DNA from: Hyphomicrobiales bacterium
Lineage (GTDB): Bacteria > Pseudomonadota > Alphaproteobacteria > Rhizobiales > NORP267
NCBI GenBank assembly: GCA_021775855.1
Contig: JAJFGZ010000036.1
Coordinates: forward strand, 330 to 64,329
Direction: 5' to 3'
Length of the DNA: 64,000 nucleotides
Shown: positions 48,301 to 57,652 of the stretch, in pieces
Numbering within the stretch: the first letter of the stretch is position 1
Layout: each line of letters starts with the position of its first letter
Program-made: the position numbers and the translations under genes
The notes under the pieces: model-generated
What the model was told of the DNA's origin: nothing
Seen by the model: only the letters and a program-made list of their open reading frames with translations
Database searches by the model: none

Positions 48301-48753
48301 TTAACCGGCCGGCTCAACCAGGAGTGCGGTGCCTTCCGAGCCAACGACTTTTACCGCTTTGCCCTTGGGCAGGTCACTCCCGCGTACAAGCCAAACCGTG
48401 TCACCAACTTTGATCTTGCCGCTGCCATTGGCGATCGGCTCTTCAAGGTCGTAGACACGCCCCACCAGGCGCCCTGCCCGGCGGTTCAATTGACGATCAC
48501 TGGTCCCTCCGCCGGGCTTCAACCAAAGCCTGGAGGCGACCAACAAAAGTACTGCGAGCACAGCGAAGATCGAAATCTGCACCTGCCAGGACCAATCGAA
48601 GAAAAACATGATCACCCCGACGATGGCTGCGGCTGCCCCCAACCAGAGGAAGAAGAAGGACGCCGTCAGCAACTCCAGAACCAGCATGATGCCGGCCAGC
48701 ACCCACCAGTTCCAGACCCCCAGACCGTCGATAACCGACGCAATCATGCCCAT
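48301..48753 (-). CDS. NfeD family membrane protein
   Basis: The credible part of ORF 48301..49005 starts at MGMIASVIDGL (ATG 48753, with AGGAG 7 nt upstream). Hydrophobic N-terminal half. C-terminal OB-like domain (GRVYDLEEPIANGSGKIKVGDTVWLVRG). Confidence 0.82.
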   Translation of the reverse strand: MGMIASVIDGLGVWNWWVLAGIMLVLELLTASFFFLWLGAAAAIVGVIMFFFDWSWQVQISIFAVLAVLLLVASRLWLKPGGGTSDRQLNRRAGRLVGRVYDLEEPIANGSGKIKVGDTVWLVRGSDLPKGKAVKVVGSEGTALLVEPAG

Positions 48754-48763
48754 TGTACAGCTC

Positions 48764-49852
48764 CTAGTTGCCCGGCCACGGGCTTGCACCGTTCGAGCCG
48801 CTCGACGACCCGCTCGCTGGAACCGCCGATTTGCTCGCGGTTTTTGTGCTCGCCCTTGTCGCTCCGCCCGACGATCGCGAACCGCGACCGCCCGACGGCC
48901 GGCTCCCGCCGTCACCGCTCGAACCACCATCTGAGCCGCCGCCAAACGCCTCCTTGGCCAAATCTGTAATACCTCCGATTGCGCCAATAACGGATGCTGC
49001 TTCAATCGGCATCATCAGAACTTTCTGATTGGGCGCCGAGGCCAGGTCTCCCAGCGCTTCAATGTACTTCTGGGCGACAAAATAATTGAGCGCCTGCGGG
49101 CTTCCGCCGGCAACCGCTTCGCTGACCATTTTGGTTGCATTGGCCTCGGCTTCGGCTTCCCGTTCGCGGGCTTCGGCATCCCTGAATGCAGCTTCCTTGC
49201 GGCCTTCCGCTTCCAGCATGATGGCCTGTTTCTGGCCTTCGGCCTTCAGAATATCGGATTGCCGCATTCCTTCGGATTCAAGGATCGACGCTCGTTTTTC
49301 ACGCTCCGCCTTCATTTGTCGCGCCATCGCGTCTACGAGGTCGCGGGGCGGATTGATATCCTTGATCTCGATACGGGTCACCTTCACGCCCCACGGCTCG
49401 GTTGCGTTGTCAACAACTGTCAACAGCCGGTGGTTAATCTCGTCGCGCTGGGACAGTAGCTGGTCCAGATCAAGCGACCCCATCACGGTACGGATATTGG
49501 TCATGGTCAGGTTGAGAATAGCATTTTCAAGATTGTTGACCTCGTAGGCCGCAAGCGGCGCATCAAGGATTTGAAAGAAGGTCACGCCATCCGCCGTCAC
49601 GGTGGCATTGTCTTTTGTGATGACTTCCTGGCTCGGTACATTGAGGACTCGTTCCATCATGTTGAGCTTTCGCCCGATCCGATCCACGAGCGGAACGATA
49701 AAGTGGAGTCCCGGCCCAAGGGTACGGGTGTAGCGGCCAAACCGCTCGATCGTATAGTTGAAACCCTGCGGTACCGTCTTCACCGCCGAAATTACGATGA
49801 TGATTGCGAGTACGATCAGCACAAGCGCGAAAATATCGAAACCGCCAACCAT
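48764..49852 (-). CDS. SPFH/Band-7 (stomatin/QmcA-like) protein with a Gly/Ser-rich C-terminal tail
   Basis: 362 aa. N-terminal TM segment. SPFH core (VPQGFNYTIERFGRYTRTLGPGLHFIVP...), a coiled-coil region, and about 60 aa of G/S-rich tail. Confidence 0.9.
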   Translation of the reverse strand: MVGGFDIFALVLIVLAIIIVISAVKTVPQGFNYTIERFGRYTRTLGPGLHFIVPLVDRIGRKLNMMERVLNVPSQEVITKDNATVTADGVTFFQILDAPLAAYEVNNLENAILNLTMTNIRTVMGSLDLDQLLSQRDEINHRLLTVVDNATEPWGVKVTRIEIKDINPPRDLVDAMARQMKAEREKRASILESEGMRQSDILKAEGQKQAIMLEAEGRKEAAFRDAEAREREAEAEANATKMVSEAVAGGSPQALNYFVAQKYIEALGDLASAPNQKVLMMPIEAASVIGAIGGITDLAKEAFGGGSDGGSSGDGGSRPSGGRGSRSSGGATRASTKTASKSAVPASGSSSGSNGASPWPGN

Positions 49853-49942
49853 GGCCTTTCTCCCTATTTCAATTGTTCTGCATGCAGACTAGAGCAACTG
49901 CTGATTCTAACAAAGTGGAATAGCGTCAAATTGTGATGCGAA

Positions 49943-50953
49943 CTATGGTATCCAGCCGGACAATTCCCGCGCTGCAATATGCCTGATCACCGCCATCCCA
50001 TCCGGGCCGTCATTCAGGCAAGGTAAAAAAGCAAAATTTTCGCCGCCACAGGCTTTGAATATCTCGGCATTTTCGATCGCCAGTTCGTGCAACGTTTCCA
50101 GGCAATCGGCAGCAAATCCCGGTGCAATTATGGCCAGGTTTTTCGTACCCGCTCGGGCCAGTTCTTCGATTGTCTTGTCGGTATAGGGCTGGAGCCATTC
50201 CTCCCTGCCAAAGCGCGACTGAAATGTTATCCGGAGTTTGTCGCCGAGCCCTGTTTTTTTACGAAGCGCCTCGGTGGTCTCCGCGCAATGACGTTGGTAG
50301 GGATCACCTTTCGCGACATAGGATTGCGGTAATCCGTGAAAAGACGCGAGGATCATTTCAGGCTCAAAATCGAGTGTGCCGAGAGACGTTGATAGAGAGT
50401 TTGCAAGCGCCTCGATATAAACCGGATCGTCTGGGTAGGCTGGAACCGTGCGGATTGCGGGCTGCCAGCGCATCGCCTTTAGCGCATCAAAAACCTTGTC
50501 ATTGACGCTCGCTGTCGTAGACGCACTATATTGCGGGTAGAGCGGGTAAATCAAAACCCGCGAACAGGATTGCCTCTGTAAATTTTCGAGCCGGCTGGCG
50601 ATCGAAGGGTTGCCGTAGCGCATAGCCCAATCGACAATCAGATGCCCATCGGCACCTGCCATATCCGTGCGCAACTTGTCGGCTTGGGACCGGGTAATGG
50701 TCCGCAAGGGAGATTCGTCCAGCTCCTGGTTCCAGATCTCCTGGTAGGTTTTTCCGCTGCGCCCCGGTCGGAAGGTCAAAACCAGGCCGTTGAGAATAAA
50801 CCACCACAGCACCGGGTTGATCTCAATGACCCGGCGGTCGGTCAGGAATTCCTTCAGGTAGCGCCGCACCGCCCAATAGCCGGTGCCATCAGGCGTGCCC
50901 AGATTAACCAGGAGAAGTCCGGTTTTTTGCGGTTTAGTCGTAGCTGCGTTCAT
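49943..50953 (-). CDS. hemH: Ferrochelatase
   Basis: ORF 49943..51013, with a likely start at MNAATTKPQKTGLLLVNLGTPDG (50953). ...YPLYPQYSASTT... and ...SFHGLP... are ferrochelatase signatures. Confidence 0.93.
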   Translation of the reverse strand: MNAATTKPQKTGLLLVNLGTPDGTGYWAVRRYLKEFLTDRRVIEINPVLWWFILNGLVLTFRPGRSGKTYQEIWNQELDESPLRTITRSQADKLRTDMAGADGHLIVDWAMRYGNPSIASRLENLQRQSCSRVLIYPLYPQYSASTTASVNDKVFDALKAMRWQPAIRTVPAYPDDPVYIEALANSLSTSLGTLDFEPEMILASFHGLPQSYVAKGDPYQRHCAETTEALRKKTGLGDKLRITFQSRFGREEWLQPYTDKTIEELARAGTKNLAIIAPGFAADCLETLHELAIENAEIFKACGGENFAFLPCLNDGPDGMAVIRHIAARELSGWIP

Positions 50954-52169
50954 CGGCAATGACCTTGCCGTCACACGGCAAACTGCCCGTTTGCACCAAC
51001 TCGATCTGGCCACGCACCTTGCAAACGGACTGCACGGTTGCAGCCAGCGCCTCGGAAAGCGCGTCGTTCGGCTGGTTGCATTCGGCTCTGACTACCATGG
51101 TATCCTGTTCGCCCGCCCGGCCGACAATCAACCGTAGCTTGGCGATGTCCGGATGGCGTTTCAAAATTTCTGCGACCTGTGCCGGGTCAATGAACATTCC
51201 CTTGACCTTGGTGCGCTGATCGGCCCGTCCCATCCAGCCCTTGATCCGCATATTCGTGCGCCCGCACGGACTGTCGCCGGGCAGAACAGCTGTAAGGTCT
51301 CCGGTCGCGAACCGGATCAACGGGTACGCTCGGTCGAGAATGGTAACCACCATCTCGCCGACCTCGCCGCTGGCAGCCAGTTCACCTGTCCCCGGTTTGA
51401 CAATTTCAACAATGTAGTCCTCGTTGATTATCATCCCTTCCACGGCCTCGGATTCGTAGGCGACCACCCCGAGTTCCGCGGTGGCGTAGGTCTGGGTTAC
51501 AAAAATTCCTCGCTCGCCGTACCATTCACGAAGTGATTCCGGCAGCGCACCGCCACCAACCGAGGCGCGCTTTAGCGATGATATATCGAGGCTTTCTTCG
51601 TTGGCATGGTCTAGAATAACCTTCAGATAATCTGGCGTACCGGTATACCCGGAAGGCTTCAGTTCGGAAATTGCGGCAACCTGCATCCCGGTATTTCCAA
51701 CGCCAGCGGGAAACACCGCGCACCCCATCTGGACGAGCGCCGAATCGAAAATAAACCCGCCGGGGGTCATGTGGTAGGACAGCGAATTGTGAACAATATC
51801 GCCTTTCCGGAATCCAGCCGCATACAAGGGCCGGTGTGCATTCCATGGGTCACCGCCCTGGCGCTGAGGCTCCCAAATGGGCCCTGGCGACATGAAAATC
51901 CGGGTAAATTCTCCAGGCTCGACCGAAGCGAATCCGCCAAACGGAGGGTTGGATTTCTGCAACTCGCCGACCATGGATTTTCTAAATACAGGAAGCTTCG
52001 CCAGCCCATCCCGATCCGTAACGGATTTCGGGTCGATGCCGTCAAGCTGCTTCGCCCACCCGCTTGATTTAGCCTTGGCATGGGCAATCAAGTCAGGCAT
52101 GCCGGAAAACAGCGCCGCCTCTCGCTTGTCAGCGGAGCGGGTTTCAAGATCGTCAAAAAATTCGGTCAT
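50934..52169 (-). CDS. Phenylacetate-CoA ligase-like adenylate-forming enzyme (PaaK / F390 synthetase family)
   Basis: 411 aa. ...SGYTGTPDYL..., ...YATAELG... and ...GRADQRTKVKG... are the characteristic blocks. Its 3' end overlaps the hemH start by 20 nt. Confidence 0.85.
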   Translation of the reverse strand: MTEFFDDLETRSADKREAALFSGMPDLIAHAKAKSSGWAKQLDGIDPKSVTDRDGLAKLPVFRKSMVGELQKSNPPFGGFASVEPGEFTRIFMSPGPIWEPQRQGGDPWNAHRPLYAAGFRKGDIVHNSLSYHMTPGGFIFDSALVQMGCAVFPAGVGNTGMQVAAISELKPSGYTGTPDYLKVILDHANEESLDISSLKRASVGGGALPESLREWYGERGIFVTQTYATAELGVVAYESEAVEGMIINEDYIVEIVKPGTGELAASGEVGEMVVTILDRAYPLIRFATGDLTAVLPGDSPCGRTNMRIKGWMGRADQRTKVKGMFIDPAQVAEILKRHPDIAKLRLIVGRAGEQDTMVVRAECNQPNDALSEALAATVQSVCKVRGQIELVQTGSLPCDGKVIADERSYD

Positions 52170-52208
52170 TAACCGCTCCTGACCGGGCCAAAGTGACCTG
52201 CCTGATAA

Positions 52209-53039
52209 TCAGGCAAGCCAGCGTTTGCGCCGCTTATAATGTTTGGTGTTTTTGAACGAGCGCCGGTCACCGCCGCCGGTTCCAAGATAAAATTCTTTTA
52301 CGTCCTCGTTTTCGCGCAGATCGCTGGATTTGCCATCAAGTACAACCCGGCCGCTTTCGATGATGTAACCGTAGTTTGAATATTTCAACGCCATATTGGT
52401 ATTCTGCTCGGCGAGCAGGAAACTCACACCTTCATTCGAGTTGAGCTTCTTTACGATTTCAAAAATCTCTTCCACCAACTGCGGCGCAAGACCCATTGAG
52501 GGTTCATCCAACAAGATCATATCGGGTCGCGACATCAGGGCCCGTCCGATCGCTGTCATCTGCTGTTCGCCGCCGGAAATATAGCCAGCCAGAGCAGATT
52601 TCCTTTCGCGAAGCCGCGGAAAATAATTATAGACCATTTCCATATCAGCAGCGATTGCCGCGCGGCCGTCGCGTCTCGTAAAGGCGCCAGTCAGAAGATT
52701 TTCTTCAACGGTCAAATGTTCAAAACAATGACGGCCTTCCATTACCTGGATACAGCCGCGTTTAACAAGCTCGTTGGCGCTCATTGTATCGACGCGGGTT
52801 TGCTTGAATTCGATGGTTCCCTTGGTGACTTCGCCGCGTTCCGCCTTGAGAAGATTTGAAATCGCCTTCAACGTCGTCGTCTTGCCAGCGCCATTGGCGC
52901 CGAGAATTGCCACGATACCGCCCTTTGGGACCTCAACCGATACGCCACGCAACACGAGAATCACGTGATTGTAGATCACTTCGATATTGTTGACCGAGAG
53001 GATCAGGTCGTCCGATTTTTCCACGCCGTTACCGCTCAC
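52209..53039 (-). CDS. Branched-chain-amino-acid-type ABC transporter ATP-binding protein (LivF-like)
   Basis: ORF 52209..53147. The likely start is a GTG at 53039 (GGGAG 8 nt upstream) giving VSGNGVEKSDDLILSVNNIEV. Walker A GANGAGKTT. Signature YISGGEQQM. Walker B ILLDEPS. Confidence 0.88.
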   Translation of the reverse strand: MSGNGVEKSDDLILSVNNIEVIYNHVILVLRGVSVEVPKGGIVAILGANGAGKTTTLKAISNLLKAERGEVTKGTIEFKQTRVDTMSANELVKRGCIQVMEGRHCFEHLTVEENLLTGAFTRRDGRAAIAADMEMVYNYFPRLRERKSALAGYISGGEQQMTAIGRALMSRPDMILLDEPSMGLAPQLVEEIFEIVKKLNSNEGVSFLLAEQNTNMALKYSNYGYIIESGRVVLDGKSSDLRENEDVKEFYLGTGGGDRRSFKNTKHYKRRKRWLA

Positions 53040-53185
53040 TGACTTAGCTCCCTGCCAAATTTCTGAATTGTCGGAAAATCTTTGTTTACCGGATTTTCCG
53101 GCCTTGCAGTTTGGAAAGGGGGTGCCAAAAAGACACCCCCCAATCAATTAGTGATCCAGGCCGGATATCGGCCCGAACGGAACGA

Positions 53186-54499
53186 CTAGTTGCATTCCTG
53201 CGTCTGCCACTCGGGCTTATCGGACAAATATTCTTCCGCAGCTGCAATCAGCATCGGACGAACACGGTCACTCATAGGCTCGATCCAGTCGGACACACGG
53301 TTCCAGGCGGAACCATCCCACTGCTGGATGTAGACAGGATGCGCACCAGCGTGATCTTCACATGTGATCTGCATCGGGTTCATGAAGCCTTCAAGGCCGA
53401 TCTCAGCAAGACGTTCTGCTGTCAGATTGAAGTTTTCAAGACCTTCACGCATTTCCACACCTGTCACCACGCTTACGCCGGTAACTTGCTGGGCGGTACG
53501 AATGGCTTCAGCAACCGCAACAGCGTTTGAGACGCCGCGATTATAGAAGTTGTCGCCAACCACATCCGGATCGGACAGGCTCAAGCCGGGTTCAACAACA
53601 TATTTGATGATGTCCTGAATCGCCGGAAAGTCGGTACCGGTGCCGTGGAAATTCACGGACAGATAACCAATTGCGCCGTCGCCAGCAGGACGAACATCAA
53701 CGTTGCCGCCGGACCACCAAACGCCGATGAAGCGATCCATCGGGAAGTTGACCTTGGCTGCTTCCTTGATCGCGGTCGGGTTCATAGCACCCCAACCCCA
53801 CATGATCATCCAGTCCGGTTGCTCACGGCGGACCTGCAGCCAATGCGACGACTGGTTCTGCATGTCGCTGACACCAACAGGAATCTTCACGACTTCAAAG
53901 CCCATATCGGTACCAAGCTGATCAAGAAGCGGGATCGGCTCGCGGCCATAACCCACGTCTAGATAGATGAAGCCAACCGTCTGACCGGAAATGCCTTCGC
54001 CCTGGGAATCAATATACTTGATGATCGCGGACATCTGCGACCAATAGGTTGCAGGTGCATTGAAAGTCCAAGGGAAAGCTTCGCCAACAGCCGTTGCCGA
54101 AAGACCATAACCCATCGAGAGAATTGGAATCTGATCGACAGGGGCTTTCGGGATCAACTGCAGCGTAATGCCGGTTGAATATGGATTGATGACGACCGGA
54201 TTGCGGTCTTTAACGCCTTCGTAGCACTCAACGCCCTTCTGCGCGTTGTAGGCGGTTTCACACTCTTCAATTTCGAGCATTACGCCACCAATGCCGCCAT
54301 CACGTTCGTTCAGCATGGTCAAATAGTCATGCATACCGTCCATGATCGGCGTACCGCTACCGGCGAACGGGCCGGTGCGATAAGTCAGCATCGGGATAAA
54401 GATCGATTCTTGAGCCCCTGCTGGTGTCGGCGCCACAAAGTTGGAACCGGCGAGCATTGCCACACCGGCAAGGCCCATAAGTAACTTTCTAGTTCGCAT
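53186..54499 (-). CDS. ABC transporter substrate-binding protein (type I PBP, Liv/amide family)
   Basis: 437 aa. Signal peptide ...AGSNFVAPTPAGAQE. The periplasmic-binding-protein type 1 layout is typical of LivK-like receptors. Confidence 0.85.
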   Translation of the reverse strand: MRTRKLLMGLAGVAMLAGSNFVAPTPAGAQESIFIPMLTYRTGPFAGSGTPIMDGMHDYLTMLNERDGGIGGVMLEIEECETAYNAQKGVECYEGVKDRNPVVINPYSTGITLQLIPKAPVDQIPILSMGYGLSATAVGEAFPWTFNAPATYWSQMSAIIKYIDSQGEGISGQTVGFIYLDVGYGREPIPLLDQLGTDMGFEVVKIPVGVSDMQNQSSHWLQVRREQPDWMIMWGWGAMNPTAIKEAAKVNFPMDRFIGVWWSGGNVDVRPAGDGAIGYLSVNFHGTGTDFPAIQDIIKYVVEPGLSLSDPDVVGDNFYNRGVSNAVAVAEAIRTAQQVTGVSVVTGVEMREGLENFNLTAERLAEIGLEGFMNPMQITCEDHAGAHPVYIQQWDGSAWNRVSDWIEPMSDRVRPMLIAAAEEYLSDKPEWQTQECN

Positions 54500-54675
54500 T
54501 TCACACTCCCTCTCTCATAAAGTGACTGTCCTACAAACAATCACAACTAACGCCATTTGCCCGTTTGTATCGGCCAACAGATCGTTTCGATTTCGATCTT
54601 AACCACCCCCCGGCAAAATGACAAATCGCCTTCGTTGTCATCCCTAACAACGACAACCCCAGAGTGGCCTGCCCC

Positions 54676-55752
54676 TTAATAGGGGAATGGCCAGCGCCGC
54701 AATTTTTCCTTCCCGATTTGCCACAAGCGGGCAATTCCATTCGGTTCAACTATCAGGAAGAAAATGATCAGCGCGCCAACAACCATGAAATTGATATGCT
54801 CGACAGTCGCGGCCCCGATTTCCAACCCTATATAATCTGGTGCACTGCGTAAAAATATCGGCAACACCCATATAAATGCAGCACCCATGAACGACCCGAT
54901 CAAGCTGCCGGAGCCGCCAATGACCACCATGAACAGAATCAGGAACGAGTGATTGATGTCGAAACTCTCAACCTCGGCCGCGCCAAGCCACATAAATACC
55001 ATCAACGCGCCGGCAACACCGGCATAATAGGAACTGATCGCGAATGCAGTTAGTTTTGTCTGAAGCAGTTTAATGCCAATCAGCTCGGCTGCGATATCCA
55101 TATCGCGGATAGCCATCCATGCCCGTCCAATCCGGCCGCGAACAAGGTTCGACGCGACCCAGGTCAGAACCACGACAATCGAGAGAATGATCAAATACCG
55201 GGTCATCGATGTTGCGTGCGGACCGGTCACGGCGATGTCGAAGATCCGCCGGGTCGGGACCTCAATGGCGCCAGACGGATTGTAATTGTAGAGCCATTCG
55301 ATCCGCCCGAACGCCCAGACAAGAAAGAATTGCGAGGCGAGCGTCGCGATCGCCAAATAAAACCCCTTGATGCGCAGGCTCGGAATGCCGAAGAGCACCC
55401 CGACCGCTGCGGCAACAAATCCAGATAGCAGAATAGGAATAAGAATATTCACATCGGGAAAAATGGTCGTAAGCTTGTAACAAGAATAGGCGCCAACCCC
55501 CATGAACCCACCGGTTCCGAGCGATATCTGCCCGGCATATCCAAGCAGCAGGTTGAGACCGATCGCCGCCAGCGAAAATATCAACGTCGGGATCATGATC
55601 GAATTCAACCAGAAGTCGTTGAACGTCAGCGGTACGACGATAAAGAGGATCGCCAGCAGGACCCAGATACCGATCGCATCCTGCTTGATCGGAAAAACCG
55701 CCTGATCGGTGCGGTAGCTTGTCTTGAACTGCCCTGTTTCGCGATAAAACAT
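54676..55752 (-). CDS. Branched-chain-type ABC transporter permease (LivM-like)
   Basis: 358 aa and polytopic. Contains ...LLGYAGQISLGTGGFMGVGAY.... Confidence 0.88.
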   Translation of the reverse strand: MFYRETGQFKTSYRTDQAVFPIKQDAIGIWVLLAILFIVVPLTFNDFWLNSIMIPTLIFSLAAIGLNLLLGYAGQISLGTGGFMGVGAYSCYKLTTIFPDVNILIPILLSGFVAAAVGVLFGIPSLRIKGFYLAIATLASQFFLVWAFGRIEWLYNYNPSGAIEVPTRRIFDIAVTGPHATSMTRYLIILSIVVVLTWVASNLVRGRIGRAWMAIRDMDIAAELIGIKLLQTKLTAFAISSYYAGVAGALMVFMWLGAAEVESFDINHSFLILFMVVIGGSGSLIGSFMGAAFIWVLPIFLRSAPDYIGLEIGAATVEHINFMVVGALIIFFLIVEPNGIARLWQIGKEKLRRWPFPY

Positions 55753-55765
55753 CCCGAACGTCCTC

Positions 55766-56839
55766 CTATATCCGATCTATGATTTTCTCACCAAACAGCC
55801 CTTGCGGCCGGAACCACAGGAATCCGAGTGCGATAAAATAGGGAACCCAGCTCTCAATCGAACCACCAACCAGAGGACCCCAATAAAATTCGGCCAGTTT
55901 TTCTGAAATACCGATAATCAGGCCGCCAATGATGGCGCCGGGGATTGAAGTTAGCCCACCCAGGATAATCACGGGTAATGCCTTCAACGCAACAATCTGC
56001 AAGGCGAAACTGACATCCGAGCGCGCGCCCCACATGATCCCCGTGGTAAGCGCAACGATGCCTGCCGCAAACCATACAATCACCCAGATCTGGCGGAGCG
56101 TGATACCTACGGAGAGTGCCGCCTGGTGGTCGTCGGCGACCGCGCGCAGGGCCCGGCCAACCTTGGTCTTGTTGAAAAAGACCGCAAGACACCCGACCAG
56201 AATTGCTGCAATGACGGCCGCCGCTATATCAAGTTTTTGCAGGCTGACGAATCCACCCATGAAATCAAAACTATAGGAACCGGACGGCAATCCGATCTCC
56301 TCGGTAATCATGGTTTTTGGCTCGCCGCCAAAAATAAACTCGCCAAACCCGATCAGGAAATAGGTCAAGCCGATGGTCGCCATGAACAGGATCAGCGGAT
56401 CCTGATTGACGAGCGGCCGCAGCACGACCCGCTCAACCGTCCATGCCAGCACATACATCATCGCGATACTGAGCAGCAGTGATAAAATCGCCGGAATGCC
56501 GGCGGCGTAAAACCCAACCAGCGACAAGGCCCCGAACACAACCATGATACCCTGGGCAAAGTTGAAAACGCCGGATGCCTTGAAAATCAGTACAAACCCA
56601 AGCCCCAAAAGGGCATAGAGAGTTCCGGCGACCAGACCCTCCCAAATCACCTGAACGAACAGGTCGGGGGCTTCAACCACGAACAGGAAGGGGCTGACGA
56701 AAATCTCGTAAACGAGACTACCCTCGCCAACCACGAGCGATCCCACAACAGCTGCCGCAAAAAGGGCTGCAGTGACCAGCCAGTTGCGTTTTCCGGCGCT
56801 CATCGAAGCGCGAGACGGTTTTAACGTTGTATCCGACAT
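55766..56839 (-). CDS. Branched-chain-type ABC transporter permease (LivH-like)
   Basis: 357 aa and polytopic. Contains ...SGVFNFAQGIMVVFGA.... Confidence 0.88.
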   Translation of the reverse strand: MSDTTLKPSRASMSAGKRNWLVTAALFAAAVVGSLVVGEGSLVYEIFVSPFLFVVEAPDLFVQVIWEGLVAGTLYALLGLGFVLIFKASGVFNFAQGIMVVFGALSLVGFYAAGIPAILSLLLSIAMMYVLAWTVERVVLRPLVNQDPLILFMATIGLTYFLIGFGEFIFGGEPKTMITEEIGLPSGSYSFDFMGGFVSLQKLDIAAAVIAAILVGCLAVFFNKTKVGRALRAVADDHQAALSVGITLRQIWVIVWFAAGIVALTTGIMWGARSDVSFALQIVALKALPVIILGGLTSIPGAIIGGLIIGISEKLAEFYWGPLVGGSIESWVPYFIALGFLWFRPQGLFGEKIIDRI

Positions 56840-56854
56840 GATCGATTTCCCCGC

Positions 56855-57652
56855 CTAATGCGCGACGCCAAGATAGGCGTCGATCACATTCTGGTTGTTC
56901 TTGACTTCGTCCGGTGTGCCGTCTGCGATTTTTTGTCCGTAGTCCAAAACAATCACCCGGTCCGAGATATCCATGACAACGCCCATATCGTGCTCGATCA
57001 GCGCAATTGTCGTACCAAACTGGTCGTTCACATCGAGAACAAACCGCGACATATCTTCTTTTTCTTCGAGGTTCATTCCGGCCATCGGTTCATCAAGGAG
57101 CAGTAATTCCGGCTCCATTGCGAGCGCCCGGCCAAGCTCGACCCGCTTTTGCAGGCCGTAAGGCAACCGCCCGACCGGCGTACGCCGGATCGCCTGGATT
57201 TCCAGAAAGTCGATGATCTGTTCAACAAACTCGCGGTGCTCGATCTCTTCGCGCTCGGCAGGACCAAACCGGATAATGTGCCACGGCAGGGCGACCTTCA
57301 TCTTGAGCATGCGCCCGCTCATGATGTTATCAAGGGTCGACATGCCGGCAAAAAGCGCAACGTTCTGAAAAGTGCGCGCAATTCCTTGGGATGCCGCAAC
57401 ATAAGGTTTCATGTCGTTACGCTTGGCACCCTTGTAATTTATGATCCCTTCCTGGGGATGATAAAACCCGTTTATGACATTCAGCAATGACGTTTTACCG
57501 GCGCCGTTCGGACCTATGATCGCGCGGATTTCGCCTTTTCTGATGTCAAAACTAACATCGCGAATGGCCTTCACGCCGCCAAATGACAGCGAAATATGAT
57601 CCATCGCCAGGATTGGTTTCCCGGGCTGGATTTCCGCAATTGCCGTGTTCAT
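56855..57652 (-). CDS. Branched-chain-type ABC transporter ATP-binding protein (LivG-like)
   Basis: 265 aa. Walker A GPNGAGKTS. Signature LPYGLQKRVELGRAL. Walker B LLLDEPMAG. The start overlaps the upstream stop (ATGA). Confidence 0.9.
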   Translation of the reverse strand: MNTAIAEIQPGKPILAMDHISLSFGGVKAIRDVSFDIRKGEIRAIIGPNGAGKTSLLNVINGFYHPQEGIINYKGAKRNDMKPYVAASQGIARTFQNVALFAGMSTLDNIMSGRMLKMKVALPWHIIRFGPAEREEIEHREFVEQIIDFLEIQAIRRTPVGRLPYGLQKRVELGRALAMEPELLLLDEPMAGMNLEEKEDMSRFVLDVNDQFGTTIALIEHDMGVVMDISDRVIVLDYGQKIADGTPDEVKNNQNVIDAYLGVAH

